From an uncultured Acholeplasmataceae bacterium (lineage in GTDB: Bacteria; Bacillota_I; Bacilli_A; Acholeplasmatales; Acholeplasmataceae), in NCBI GenBank assembly GCA_963540875.1, contig CAUTQZ010000006.1, positions 1,225 to 65,224 on the forward strand: DNA of 64,000 nt. The letters are read 5' to 3'. The notes below the pieces were generated by a model. That model was not told where the DNA came from and did not search any database. It saw only the letters and a list, made by a program, of their open reading frames with translations. The position numbers and the translations under genes are program-made. Positions 44,101 through 52,924 of this stretch are shown in pieces; the first letter of the stretch is position 1, and the number at the start of each line of letters is the position of its first letter.

Positions 44101-44396
44101 CCTGGTGTGGCATTAGGATTAATTTGTGGACCATAAAATCTTCCAGTTCTTAGGGGAACTGTAGATCTAGCATAAAAAGCATCTGGATCACTTTCTGGTG
44201 TCCATTTTAATACTGTATCCATACTAAAACGTGGACGCTTAATATCTAGTGATAAATTTTCATTATACTCATCATTATTTATTCCAGTAGTATCGTATGC
44301 ACTAGTATTAATTGTAGTGAATAAAAATAGTGCGATTACCGAGAATAAAATAGTAGTATAAATTCTTTTAGTAAAAGTAAAACTTAAATTTTTCAT
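41157..44396 (-). CDS. GH85 endo-beta-N-acetylglucosaminidase with discoidin (F5/8 type C)-like domain, paralog 1
   Basis: LKWTPESDPDAFYARSTVPL, YAFTHWQYLDSMVGWAE, CPTADAIDMAHRNGV, FYGFDGYFFNQETSG (N-x-E catalytic context). Later AVDGKGDWGSKWTC...YVCVKLPE. Sec-type signal without a lipobox. Confidence 0.85.
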   Translation of the reverse strand: MKNLSFTFTKRIYTTILFSVIALFLFTTINTSAYDTTGINNDEYNENLSLDIKRPRFSMDTVLKWTPESDPDAFYARSTVPLRTGRFYGPQINPNATPGAKFQHCAFLTMNGGAQGHNSFQNYAFTHWQYLDSMVGWAEDAGKGILVCPTADAIDMAHRNGVAVTAGLFFPYGPNDAGVQEMRKLVKTDLNGRFPTIDKLAQIARFYGFDGYFFNQETSGCYAHLQGLKNALRYARLNYPELVFNWYDSMTFTDGGVNYGNGLNGSNVGWFGEDQELKNKKALKPYLIDDFFTNYNWSSSTVDESNRLAKRYNRSPYDVYIASNFQQYGLNTDYQFDWLKDANGKLKASIGAYCLNSTVGEATTGEQFHELENYFWSSRITKDGEYEYDPRNNGDKFGMSQYLLDKSVINRFPFNSTFNTGHGKKFFIDGKLEIDEEWTNRSLQEITPTWTWMVDSNASKKLRAGYDFETAWNGGNSLALKGNVESEKYNELKLYSTRLRMQKDIKFRLTYKETGDNATIQALISRGQNKYEWTENITLNKVETKNGWTIAECIIPRGELINGVGIKVTNNISGAYTLNIGQLQMLGNAKKVTKLGNPIVENIYYRNNSAEARVHIPTQKSVKFYEIWMHDNLTNQKKLLKVSSNSYAYVHNMFPTNGAQSVYLTSIPVNENGERLTHLESNITEQVWKKTPKLKEFNAGNNLFKDGEVFAYSKFGNTTENVNKAVDGKGDWGSKWTCVGSYGDYVCVKLPEAREAGFTRICAGGVTTTNFGDSIDEVWGYASKKFEIFCTEEEISKVDCDDVYHNGSSPKFTKCATITNPKKNNEIVFEFDKKYKGKYWLLKITETSAGQNWGSMTLFDWQLYNVLGSPYTNVSSIKYTVHRKSENTGDIEVEYPKNVELKFYDKVDGSVIGILPKHNGFGNSKMAKRTLENVALKKEGGILYYTAKHEKLNESSFTEIEYLPYNDGSIPDTPVANQSDIMITRLKYSNRYNRGAADGYFVKATIRNLAPGTVVTLKQTNPYKRVDTFVANSEGIVEIRRIYIPSDFSNPRKNKFSLKFYKEGKMPNADFTDYTVALP

Positions 44397-44409
44397 TAAA
44401 TAACTCCTT

Positions 44410-47400
44410 TTAACTTACATTAAATTCCTTTTCAGCATTCCATATTTGTTGATTAACTCCTTGTGCAATAAGTTTAATTTTACGGTTCTTATCAACGAAT
44501 ACCCAATCAAAGAACGCTACTCCGTTTTCATCTGCTATTACAGTTTCTAATCTTCTATATAAGCCTGTTTGCTTTAATTGTACAACAGTACCTGGTGCTA
44601 GACCTGATATAGTCAATGAATAAACTTGTCCGTCTTTTCTATTTCTCTTATAGATAGTAGAGACTTTATATGGGCTAAATTGTAATTGACCAGCATCAAT
44701 ATCAGGGGTCATCTCTGCGTCTTCTCCTGTATAAGGGATCTCAACTCTGGATGAACTTTCAAGTAAAGTATTCTTAATTTCATATCTATAGAAACCATTA
44801 GTTTTCTTCATAGTAACATTTTCAAATTTAATATCTGCACTATGAACTAATGTTTTATTACGATATGCGCTATATAGTGCTTCTGAATAAGGTTCAAATA
44901 CACTTTGCTTCTTTGTTGCAATTAGGACATCTTCTTCATTATATAAATTGATAGTTGAATTAAATGGTACATTTTTAAATGTAACGTTACCTGAATTAGT
45001 TGATACTCTTTCAACAGTAATATCAGATGGATCTATTGTAGCAGTTTTTGGTAATCCTAAATTTGAAAATAGTTCAAATTCACATAATCTTAAATTCCAG
45101 TGAGAATGCGTTCTCGGAATATTAAAAATTCTTAAGTATACATATCTACCCGTAACAGTGTGATATGTAATATTATTTAGGTCTGAGTAATTTCCTGTTT
45201 TAATACAAACTTCACCTGCAGTTGCAGAATGTCTAACTTTAGCACATAACTGTGCATCACTTGGGATACCATCAAGTGATGGAAGCCTACCACTTGTAGC
45301 AGGTTTAGTATTAGAATAATATATCTCATATTCAAGCGGATTTATGTCCTCATTATCTAATGTGTTTACATGTCTACCGTGTTCGCTACTTCCGATGTTG
45401 CCCATAGCAATAATTCTTGCCATTCCAATTTGTTTTACTTCACCTAAATCAAAGCATGCCCAAATATCACTATCTTTTGTTGATATTCTTGGGTCCCAAG
45501 AATAGATACCATCAATAATGCATCTAGGATTCATTCCACTATCTCTACTAATCCAAGTTACTAATTCTGCTTTTCTCATTAGGTTTTCTCCTGGTGTATA
45601 TACAGAAGCATAACGACCTTTAAAGTTAAATAGTGTTGAATCAGATGCTAACTCAGGACGACGATTTCCATTATTATCTATTGGAACAATACTTAGTTTA
45701 GCCTTAGTAACACCACGAGGTAGTTCTATTTTGTGAACAAACATATTTGGATTAGGACTTACTTTTAATAATTTTTTAGTGCTACCATATTCTAACCATA
45801 ATTCATAGAACTCAGCATTTTTAATTTTTTTACTTTCAACTCTAGCTTCTGCATAATTATCAAAATGCATTAATTTATTAAGTCTAGGAGCACTTGCTCT
45901 ACGCATAGAAACTTTTTTGTTATATAATTGCATTTGACCTAAGTTAAAAGTGAAGTTATCCACATTATTAGTTGCTTTAATTCTAATTCCTATTCCATTA
46001 ATCATTTCACCAGCAGGAATAGTACCTTCTAAAATGTCCCAACCATTTTTAGTTGCTACTTTTGTTAGAGTGATTTGTTCATTCCAATTATAAGCAGCTT
46101 TTCCTCTTGAAATAAGTCCGTAAACATTAGAAGCTTCACTTGCTTTAACAGTTATTCTAAAAGTAATATCTTTATTAGCATTAAGTCTAGTTGAATAAAG
46201 TTTAGCGTCATAGTATTTATTATTTTCTAGTTTACCCCAATACTTAACTGAACTTCCTCCATTAAATACTGTAGTAAAATCATAATCTGCTTTTAGAGTT
46301 TTTGTAGCATCGGTATCTACAATCCAAGTCCAAGTAGGAGCAATACTACTTAATCCCCTATTAAACCATTCAGAGCTATGTGCTACATTACCATCTATAT
46401 ATGTACTATAACCATGCCCTGTATTAAAGGTAGAATTAAATGGTAAAGTATTAACTACTGATTTATCTAAAACATAATTAGCTAAACCCCATTCATCATC
46501 ACCTCTTTGGCGAGGATCATAAGTAACAGACCCATCATCCTCAGTTTTCTTTGAACTCCACAAATAATTTTCCTTATCATGGAACTCTGCTCCCATAGTA
46601 GAAGCATCAGCACAATATAATCCTAGAGAAGTTTTTAATTTACCATCATTATCTAATACAAAAGGGAAACGGTATTTTTCTCTAAATCCTCTTGCTTGCA
46701 TCTCGAAAGCATGATACACATCATATGGAGAACGATTTATTTCTTTTGCTATTCTAACTGACTCATTTACTTTGCTTGCATTCCAGTTATAGTTAGTAAA
46801 CATATCATCCATTAAATATGGTTTCAATGCACCTTTTTCTTTTAGCTCGCTATCTTCGGCGATCCATTTTTTATTTTGGTTAGTTAATCCATCTTGCCAG
46901 TTAACATTTCCATAAGTAGAAGTCATTGAGTCATACCAGTTAAATATTAGTTTAGGATAATTTAATCTTGCATATCTCATTGCTTCAAACATACCATTTA
47001 AATATGAACTAGCTCCGTTAGTTTCTTGGTTAAATGAATAACCATCAAAACCATAGAATTTTGCTAATTGTGCTAATTTATCTATAACAGGATAACGATT
47101 GCCTTCTTTTTTAGTTAATAATCTAATTTGACTTTGTCCGTAAGTATTATAACCTCCGCCGAAGAATATACCAGCCGTTACTGGTACTCCATTACGGTGA
47201 GCAGCATCCACTACATCAGCAGTAGGGCATACAATAGTTCCTTTTGTTTCAGCCCATCCTACTAATGTATCTAGATATTGCCAATGGGTAAACGCATAAT
47301 TACCATATGATAGCGAACCTTGAGCACCGCATGTAGAAATCATTGCCCAGTGTTGAATTTTAGCATTTGGAGTTGCATTAGGATTTACCTGTGGACCATA

Positions 47401-47661
47401 AAATCTACCAGTTTTAAGAGGGACAGTGGCACGGTTATATTTAGCGTCTGGATCACTTTCAGGTGTCCATTTAAGAAGAGCATCAAAGCTTAGACGCTCC
47501 CTATGGACATCAAGACTTGTATTTTGATCATATCCTTCATTATTTACATTTTCTTCATACTCACCAGCATAAACTACTGATGCAAAACTTAATAGTAATA
47601 ATAGTGTTAAAAATAAGGAAAAAACATTTTTTAAAATAGATTGGTACGCTCTTTTAATCAT
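44410..47661 (-). CDS. GH85 endo-beta-N-acetylglucosaminidase with discoidin-like domain, paralog 2
   Basis: LKWTPESDPDAKYNRATVPL, YAFTHWQYLDTLVGWAE, CPTADVVDAAHRNGV, FYGFDGYSFNQETNG; IIDGIYSWDPRI...WACFDLGE. I prefer the ATG at 47661 (AAGAGG 8 nt upstream; MIKRAYQS...) to the TTG at 47688 in the track. Confidence 0.85.
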   Translation of the reverse strand: MIKRAYQSILKNVFSLFLTLLLLLSFASVVYAGEYEENVNNEGYDQNTSLDVHRERLSFDALLKWTPESDPDAKYNRATVPLKTGRFYGPQVNPNATPNAKIQHWAMISTCGAQGSLSYGNYAFTHWQYLDTLVGWAETKGTIVCPTADVVDAAHRNGVPVTAGIFFGGGYNTYGQSQIRLLTKKEGNRYPVIDKLAQLAKFYGFDGYSFNQETNGASSYLNGMFEAMRYARLNYPKLIFNWYDSMTSTYGNVNWQDGLTNQNKKWIAEDSELKEKGALKPYLMDDMFTNYNWNASKVNESVRIAKEINRSPYDVYHAFEMQARGFREKYRFPFVLDNDGKLKTSLGLYCADASTMGAEFHDKENYLWSSKKTEDDGSVTYDPRQRGDDEWGLANYVLDKSVVNTLPFNSTFNTGHGYSTYIDGNVAHSSEWFNRGLSSIAPTWTWIVDTDATKTLKADYDFTTVFNGGSSVKYWGKLENNKYYDAKLYSTRLNANKDITFRITVKASEASNVYGLISRGKAAYNWNEQITLTKVATKNGWDILEGTIPAGEMINGIGIRIKATNNVDNFTFNLGQMQLYNKKVSMRRASAPRLNKLMHFDNYAEARVESKKIKNAEFYELWLEYGSTKKLLKVSPNPNMFVHKIELPRGVTKAKLSIVPIDNNGNRRPELASDSTLFNFKGRYASVYTPGENLMRKAELVTWISRDSGMNPRCIIDGIYSWDPRISTKDSDIWACFDLGEVKQIGMARIIAMGNIGSSEHGRHVNTLDNEDINPLEYEIYYSNTKPATSGRLPSLDGIPSDAQLCAKVRHSATAGEVCIKTGNYSDLNNITYHTVTGRYVYLRIFNIPRTHSHWNLRLCEFELFSNLGLPKTATIDPSDITVERVSTNSGNVTFKNVPFNSTINLYNEEDVLIATKKQSVFEPYSEALYSAYRNKTLVHSADIKFENVTMKKTNGFYRYEIKNTLLESSSRVEIPYTGEDAEMTPDIDAGQLQFSPYKVSTIYKRNRKDGQVYSLTISGLAPGTVVQLKQTGLYRRLETVIADENGVAFFDWVFVDKNRKIKLIAQGVNQQIWNAEKEFNVS

Positions 47662-47681
47662 TTGACATACCTCTTTTCTAA

Positions 47682-50600
47682 TTAGCAAGCGTATTTGCTT
47701 ACTTTAGTTTCATGTGGAACATCACTAGATTTAATTTCTGTAACACCAGAACCTTTAAATGCTAAATCAGATATATATAATAAATAAGGCGAGTCTATAA
47801 ATTTAATTTTTTCTTTTAATAAATTTGTTGTACCTGCAAAAGCATTTTTAGCAATATGAGTTAACATATCATTTATTTTAACTTCAGTAATTGTTGTTTG
47901 ATCCTTGAAAGCTTCAGCTACGATTATTCTAGTATTAGGATGTAGATCAACTACCTCTCGAGCTGCACCAGCAAAACCAAGACATACTAAATAACTCATT
48001 TCATCAGCAGAATCGTTATCTAGATATTTAAGTCCTTCATGTTCTACTGTCTTAATATTAGGGCAATTCTTTAAGAAACCTTCGCCAATGTATTCGATTG
48101 AAGTTGGTAAGAAAACATTTTCTAATTCTTGAATATTTTGGAAGTTATTATCTCCAATAAATGATAATAAACTATTATCTTCTGAAGCTAGGTCTACAAT
48201 TTTAACTTTTTTAAGTTGGCTTGTAGCATTAGCAAGCATTCCTTCAATCATATAAGTAATTCCATTATGAGTGATTACATTTGGAATATCAATACGTTCT
48301 AATATTGTTGAACCAGTGTATTTAATCTTTTTAATATAAACAATTCCATTTCTTACTACTTCATAATCTACTTTATAACCAGAAGGATGAGAATATGTGA
48401 ATTCTAATAAAGTAGCTTTCCCTTCTTTTAGTAAAGATTTATACTCATTAACAAGTGCTGCAACTGCTTCTAATTGTGTAATATCATATTGAGTCAAAGT
48501 TTGAGCTTTAATTTCATTTACTTTAGCTGTTAATATTTCTTTTTCATAACTACTACCTTTAATATATGTTTTACCGTTTTTCATGCCATCTTCATCTCGA
48601 TCTTCTTCATACCAAACAGCTTGTAGGACAGAAGTATCTGCACTCTTAATAGTATTTAAAACAGTAGTATGGTCATATGTACCTTCGATATATGTTGCTT
48701 TTATTGCATCGAAAATGGCTTTTTGTGCATTGTAGTCATCAATAAATTCTGCATCGCTTTTTGCCTTTAATGCAATTAACGCATTTATAACATCTGTTTT
48801 AAATTTGTCTGTTTTAACATGAGCTAAACCACTAATTACTTGTTCAGCTGTTAAATCTTTGTTATCCCAAACTACATTATCATTAAAGATTTTATCATTA
48901 AGCATTTTATAAAGTTCAATTCTCTCAAGATTATATGTAGAGTCTAGACTACCAGCAATCATTTTTCCTTTAAGAACTTCTAATTCATTTTTTAGTGCCT
49001 CAAGATCTGATTTAACAAAATATCCTGGTACAATTTTATTAATTGCTACTACTTTGCTAATATATTGAGCCTTTTTAGCTGGATCTTCTTGGATGTAAAA
49101 ACGGCCTTTCATTATTATGTCTGCAGTTTTTGCTTCTAATCCAAAATCAACATCATCATTTAAAACTTCATTTTTTAAAGCATTAACTTTATTTAAATCA
49201 ACTTGGAAATCATAAGTTCCTATGACTATACCAGCTTGTAAAGTAGTTAATTGTGTTTTAAGATTCTCTAATTCAACTTTTTTTAATTCCTTTAAAGTTT
49301 TATTAGTAATATTTTCAATAGTTCCTAATAACTCTGCTTTTTTAGCAGGTGCAGCTTTAATATGAGAGAAACCTTTATTTACCACATCAGCAGTTTTATC
49401 TACTTCTTCAAATAATACATTATCGTTTAAAACTTGATCTTTTAAAGTATTAATTGTTTCTTTAACTGCTTCAGTATCATATGCACCATTAGTTACTTTT
49501 AATGCTCTTAAGAATGTAGTTAATTCTTCAAGTTGTGATTTTACTGATGATTTTTTAGGATCAATTGTAATAATATTATCATATGTAGCTTTTTTCTCAT
49601 CTATTGTTGTTTGATTAGTTTTAATATGATTTAAGCCTTTATTTACATCAGCAGCATTTAAATCATCTTCACTGTATATACTATTAGTGCTAAAAATTAT
49701 ATTATGTAGTTCCTCTAAAGCAGTTTTAGCAGCTTGGTAGTCATATTCACCAACAGTATAAGTAAGTGCTTCTAATTCTTGTTTAAAATTAATTAACTCT
49801 TGTTTTGTTACATTTGATTGGTTAGTTTCTAATTCATTAAATTTATCTTTTATTGATTGCTTTTTATCATCTTTAGCCATAACATGACTATAGCCTTTAG
49901 GGAACTCAGCACTTTGTCTTGCTAATTCGTTATATACTACATTATCATCAGTTAGTTTATTTACTAAAACACGAATTTCATTTAAAAGAGCAGTGCTATC
50001 AAAAGTTCCTAATACTTTAGTCGCTTTTAATTCAGTTAATTTATTTACTAACTGTTCTACTTCCTCTTTAAATAAATCTTCTACTTGTTTATTTACTAAT
50101 TCTTCTTTTTTAGCCTTTAACTGTTCTTTAAGGGCAGGTTCACCTTTAACAAAGTATTTATCTTTAGCTAACTCATCTGAAACTAATTCTTGATTTAGGA
50201 ATAAAACATTATCAGAAAGCACCTCATTAGCAAGAGTCTTAACTTGTTCAATTAAACCTTTAGCATTCTCTGGTGTAAAAGTTCCCGGAACCAAGGCATC
50301 TTTTATTGCTTGTAATTTTTGCTCTAATTGTTTCTTTTCAGAAATAGTTAAATTAGTCTTATTGCTATATTTTTCGAATAATTCATCTTTATTCTCTGAA
50401 CCTTTGTATAAAAATTTTGAACTAGATAAATTAGCAGCGTCCTTAGAACTATCATAAATTACATTTTTACTAAAAACAACATTTGCTAAGTCATCTAATT
50501 TTTTATCATCGTACATTTCCTTAGGTTTAGTACCTACAATGAAATTAACGCTTGATAATTTAGCAATAAGTTTATCTATTTTATCTTTTTCTAATTTAGA

Positions 50601-50882
50601 AACATCTGAGTTTATTGTTTCTAAAGATTCTTTTTTTAACGCTTCATAGTCTTCTTCGCTCATTTTAAGATAAAATTTACCTTTTTCAATATCTTCAGGT
50701 TTTTTATCTTCTGTTCCGAATTCGATAATTTCTTTTCTCTTATCTTCAAAAACAATTTTATGAAGTTCTTTTACTTTAGCGTGTTCTTCTTGTAATTTCT
50801 TTCTGCATCCAACTAATAAACAAAGAACTACGGTAAAAGCTAGTACGCTTAGAAATTTACATATTTTTTTCCTTTTTTGCAT
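47682..50882 (-). CDS. Lipoprotein with ~8 tandem ~88-aa helical repeats and C-terminal BspA-type LRRs
   Basis: Start ATG at 50882 (AAGGAGG 9 nt upstream) gives MQKRKKICKFLSVLAFTVVLCLLVGC (lipobox). Repeats are of the form L..L..L....GTYD.......L..(V/I)L.DNV.(F/Y)........(V/I).KG...(I/V)K. The C-terminal LRR_5-like region includes NNFQNIQELENVFLPTSIEYIGEGFLKNCPNIKTV and AKNAFAGTTNL. Confidence 0.75.
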   Translation of the reverse strand: MQKRKKICKFLSVLAFTVVLCLLVGCRKKLQEEHAKVKELHKIVFEDKRKEIIEFGTEDKKPEDIEKGKFYLKMSEEDYEALKKESLETINSDVSKLEKDKIDKLIAKLSSVNFIVGTKPKEMYDDKKLDDLANVVFSKNVIYDSSKDAANLSSSKFLYKGSENKDELFEKYSNKTNLTISEKKQLEQKLQAIKDALVPGTFTPENAKGLIEQVKTLANEVLSDNVLFLNQELVSDELAKDKYFVKGEPALKEQLKAKKEELVNKQVEDLFKEEVEQLVNKLTELKATKVLGTFDSTALLNEIRVLVNKLTDDNVVYNELARQSAEFPKGYSHVMAKDDKKQSIKDKFNELETNQSNVTKQELINFKQELEALTYTVGEYDYQAAKTALEELHNIIFSTNSIYSEDDLNAADVNKGLNHIKTNQTTIDEKKATYDNIITIDPKKSSVKSQLEELTTFLRALKVTNGAYDTEAVKETINTLKDQVLNDNVLFEEVDKTADVVNKGFSHIKAAPAKKAELLGTIENITNKTLKELKKVELENLKTQLTTLQAGIVIGTYDFQVDLNKVNALKNEVLNDDVDFGLEAKTADIIMKGRFYIQEDPAKKAQYISKVVAINKIVPGYFVKSDLEALKNELEVLKGKMIAGSLDSTYNLERIELYKMLNDKIFNDNVVWDNKDLTAEQVISGLAHVKTDKFKTDVINALIALKAKSDAEFIDDYNAQKAIFDAIKATYIEGTYDHTTVLNTIKSADTSVLQAVWYEEDRDEDGMKNGKTYIKGSSYEKEILTAKVNEIKAQTLTQYDITQLEAVAALVNEYKSLLKEGKATLLEFTYSHPSGYKVDYEVVRNGIVYIKKIKYTGSTILERIDIPNVITHNGITYMIEGMLANATSQLKKVKIVDLASEDNSLLSFIGDNNFQNIQELENVFLPTSIEYIGEGFLKNCPNIKTVEHEGLKYLDNDSADEMSYLVCLGFAGAAREVVDLHPNTRIIVAEAFKDQTTITEVKINDMLTHIAKNAFAGTTNLLKEKIKFIDSPYLLYISDLAFKGSGVTEIKSSDVPHETKVSKYAC
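48440..50600 (-). repeat. Coding tandem repeat array (~8 x ~264 nt, diverged) inside the lipoprotein gene
   Basis: Repeat cores: VLGTFDSTALLNEIRVLVNKLTDDNVVY, TVGEYDYQAAKTALEELHNIIFSTNSIY, TNGAYDTEAVKETINTLKDQVLNDNVLF, VIGTYDFQVDLNKVNALKNEVLNDDVDF, IAGSLDSTYNLERIELYKMLNDKIFNDNVVW, IEGTYDHTTVLNTIKSADTSVL. Boundaries are approximate. Confidence 0.6.
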
Positions 50883-50928
50883 ATTATTTAATGCCTCCTT
50901 TATTTTTTTGTGTATTACTTGCACCTAT

Positions 50929-50957
50929 ATTTTACTATAAAAGCCATATTTTTGCAA
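50929..50957 (-). promoter_or_regulatory. Sigma-A-type promoter candidate for the repeat-lipoprotein/GH85 unit
   Basis: Minus strand: TTGCAA (50957..50952), 17 nt, TAAAAT (50934..50929), about 45 nt upstream of the ATG at 50882. Confidence 0.55.
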
Positions 50958-50990
50958 ATTATATGAAACCGCTTTCATAAAAAAATTATT

Positions 50991-51032
50991 AAGCAAAAAT
51001 AAAACAGCATTTTTACCCTGAAAAATGCTGTT
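50991..51032 (-). terminator. Rho-independent terminator after cassette B
   Basis: Minus strand: AACAGCATTTTT-CAGGGT-AAAAATGCTGTT (12-bp perfect stem, 51032..51003), followed by TTATTTTTGCTT. Confidence 0.8.
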
Positions 51033-51083
51033 ATAAATTAGTTTTTTCTACTTATTTTTATCAGAAAATAACACATATTTAAT

Positions 51084-52913
51084 TTATTCTTCTAGACCTA
51101 TTTGAGTATCTTCAGTTAATTTAAAACTATATTGATTAGTATGAGCAATTTTTGAAACAAGTCCTTTTTTACCATTAACTATTATCTTTTCGCTTAAATC
51201 AATATTCTCATCACTATTTTTAATAGTAAATGTAACAAAGACACCTTCTTCTATACGTTTAGTAATATCTTCAACAGGAAAATGAAACTTATCTTCTTGT
51301 CCTGGTTTAACGCTTACTTTGTAAGTGTTCTTAATTTGATATTTAATTTCAATATTATCTTTTACCACTAACTCAAAAGTATCACCAACATTATACGGAG
51401 TTGTTCCTACATATAATACTCTAATTTTATCGTTAAAAACTGGCTTAAATGTAAATTTAACGACACTCAAAGCATCGATATTATTAAAACTTGAAATGTT
51501 AGTTGTAAAATATTTGTTAGTATTTTCTAGAATATCTGCGGTATTATTATTAGTTTTATCTTGAACCAATTTTAAATTAAATTTAATAATATCAAGCTTT
51601 AAATTAATTTTAGTATTATTTGAAACTTTAAATATTAGTTTATATTTACGGTTATAACTTTGGCCATCTTCTAATTCATTGGTAAGATCAAAAAATTGAT
51701 ATTGTGATTTTAATAAATCAAGAGGCTCACTTGTATCTGCATTTAAAAGTTCAATATTACTACTAGTTAATATTTCACGATTTGTTCCTTCAGATGGATT
51801 CCCAATTTCTTTTAACACTAGGTTTTTTATTTCGTATTTTTCTTTTATTTTAAAAGTTAAACTTATTAAGTTATTCCCACTACTTATAATAGTATTATTA
51901 TTTTTATTGAATTTTGCATTAACATTTTCATCAAAGGAAACATCATAATCATTAGCCTGATTTAAAAGTTTTACAGTATATACTGGAACAATTTTTAATT
52001 CTATTTGTACATCTTGGGTAATTCTATATAATAATTCATTATTTAAATCAACATCATAACGAACACTATTTATATAAAATATAGCTTTATGACCATCCTC
52101 GATAATAGTTGCTTTTAATTTAAGTGTTGTGTTATAAATTACTTCATTAGTATCTTTTAAATTAAGTTCTGTTTCTTTCTTATCATTAGATAATTTAGTG
52201 ATTTTTATACGACCCGATTTATCATTATTCACTATATCTAATTTATATTTTTTGCGTTCATTAATAGAAGCTACATCTATCTCAATATCAGAATTAATTG
52301 GTATATTATATAAATCATTATCACTTATTTTTAAATTTTCCCTAGTTTTAGTAATTTCTATTTTTTCAGTTGTTGGATCTTTTACCTTATTTATTTTGTT
52401 ATAAATGACTTCATTTATTTTTTTACCAATAAGTGGCGTAATTTTAAACTCAAGCAATTTATCACCATCTACTAGAATAAAGTTATCATTTTTAAAAGCA
52501 TAGTTTAAAATACTAACATATGGTTTTGCTCTTTCTGTTATACTAATAAAAAATTGTTGAGTAGCTTTAATACCTTTTGATCTCTTAGCTTTAATTTCTT
52601 TTAATAAATTATTAAGCTTCTCATATTCTACTTTTAATTGTTTCTTATCAGTAGTGCTTGATAGTAAATTAGCTTGGACAAATAGTTCTGTTCTTTTTTC
52701 TTCTGGTAATGAAATTACATATTTTGAATTACTTAAATTTTCTTTAGTTAAATTAGGCTCAAAAATAAAGTTATCTCTGTCCTTATATATATTAGCCATT
52801 TTAATTAGTTTATCAATATCTAACGGCTTATCTAGTTTTGGTTGACATCCATAAAAAACCCCTAGTAAAAATAGTCCCAGTAAAATAAATAATAAATTAA
52901 AATATCTTTTCAT
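51084..52913 (-). CDS. Large lipoprotein of unknown function (609 aa), last gene of glycan cassette B
   Basis: Lipobox LLGVFYGC. Lys/Asn-rich with repeated beta-strand-like segments (IELKIVPVYTVKL, LISLTFKIKEKYEIKNL, VVKFTFKPVF, VFVTFTIKN). Same position relative to the permeases as 26711..29302. Confidence 0.7.
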   Translation of the reverse strand: MKRYFNLLFILLGLFLLGVFYGCQPKLDKPLDIDKLIKMANIYKDRDNFIFEPNLTKENLSNSKYVISLPEEKRTELFVQANLLSSTTDKKQLKVEYEKLNNLLKEIKAKRSKGIKATQQFFISITERAKPYVSILNYAFKNDNFILVDGDKLLEFKITPLIGKKINEVIYNKINKVKDPTTEKIEITKTRENLKISDNDLYNIPINSDIEIDVASINERKKYKLDIVNNDKSGRIKITKLSNDKKETELNLKDTNEVIYNTTLKLKATIIEDGHKAIFYINSVRYDVDLNNELLYRITQDVQIELKIVPVYTVKLLNQANDYDVSFDENVNAKFNKNNNTIISSGNNLISLTFKIKEKYEIKNLVLKEIGNPSEGTNREILTSSNIELLNADTSEPLDLLKSQYQFFDLTNELEDGQSYNRKYKLIFKVSNNTKINLKLDIIKFNLKLVQDKTNNNTADILENTNKYFTTNISSFNNIDALSVVKFTFKPVFNDKIRVLYVGTTPYNVGDTFELVVKDNIEIKYQIKNTYKVSVKPGQEDKFHFPVEDITKRIEEGVFVTFTIKNSDENIDLSEKIIVNGKKGLVSKIAHTNQYSFKLTEDTQIGLEE

Positions 52914-52924
52914 TGTAATCCTCC

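Noticed and set aside
47662-50924. Longer N-terminal extensions given by the ORF track (GTG at 50924, TTG at 47688, ATG at 23133)
   Set aside because: Downstream ATGs at 50882, 47661 and 23124 are preceded by good SD sequences at proper spacing. For the first two they yield canonical signal peptides. The promoter -10 at 50929..50934 would also leave the GTG at 50924 without a leader.
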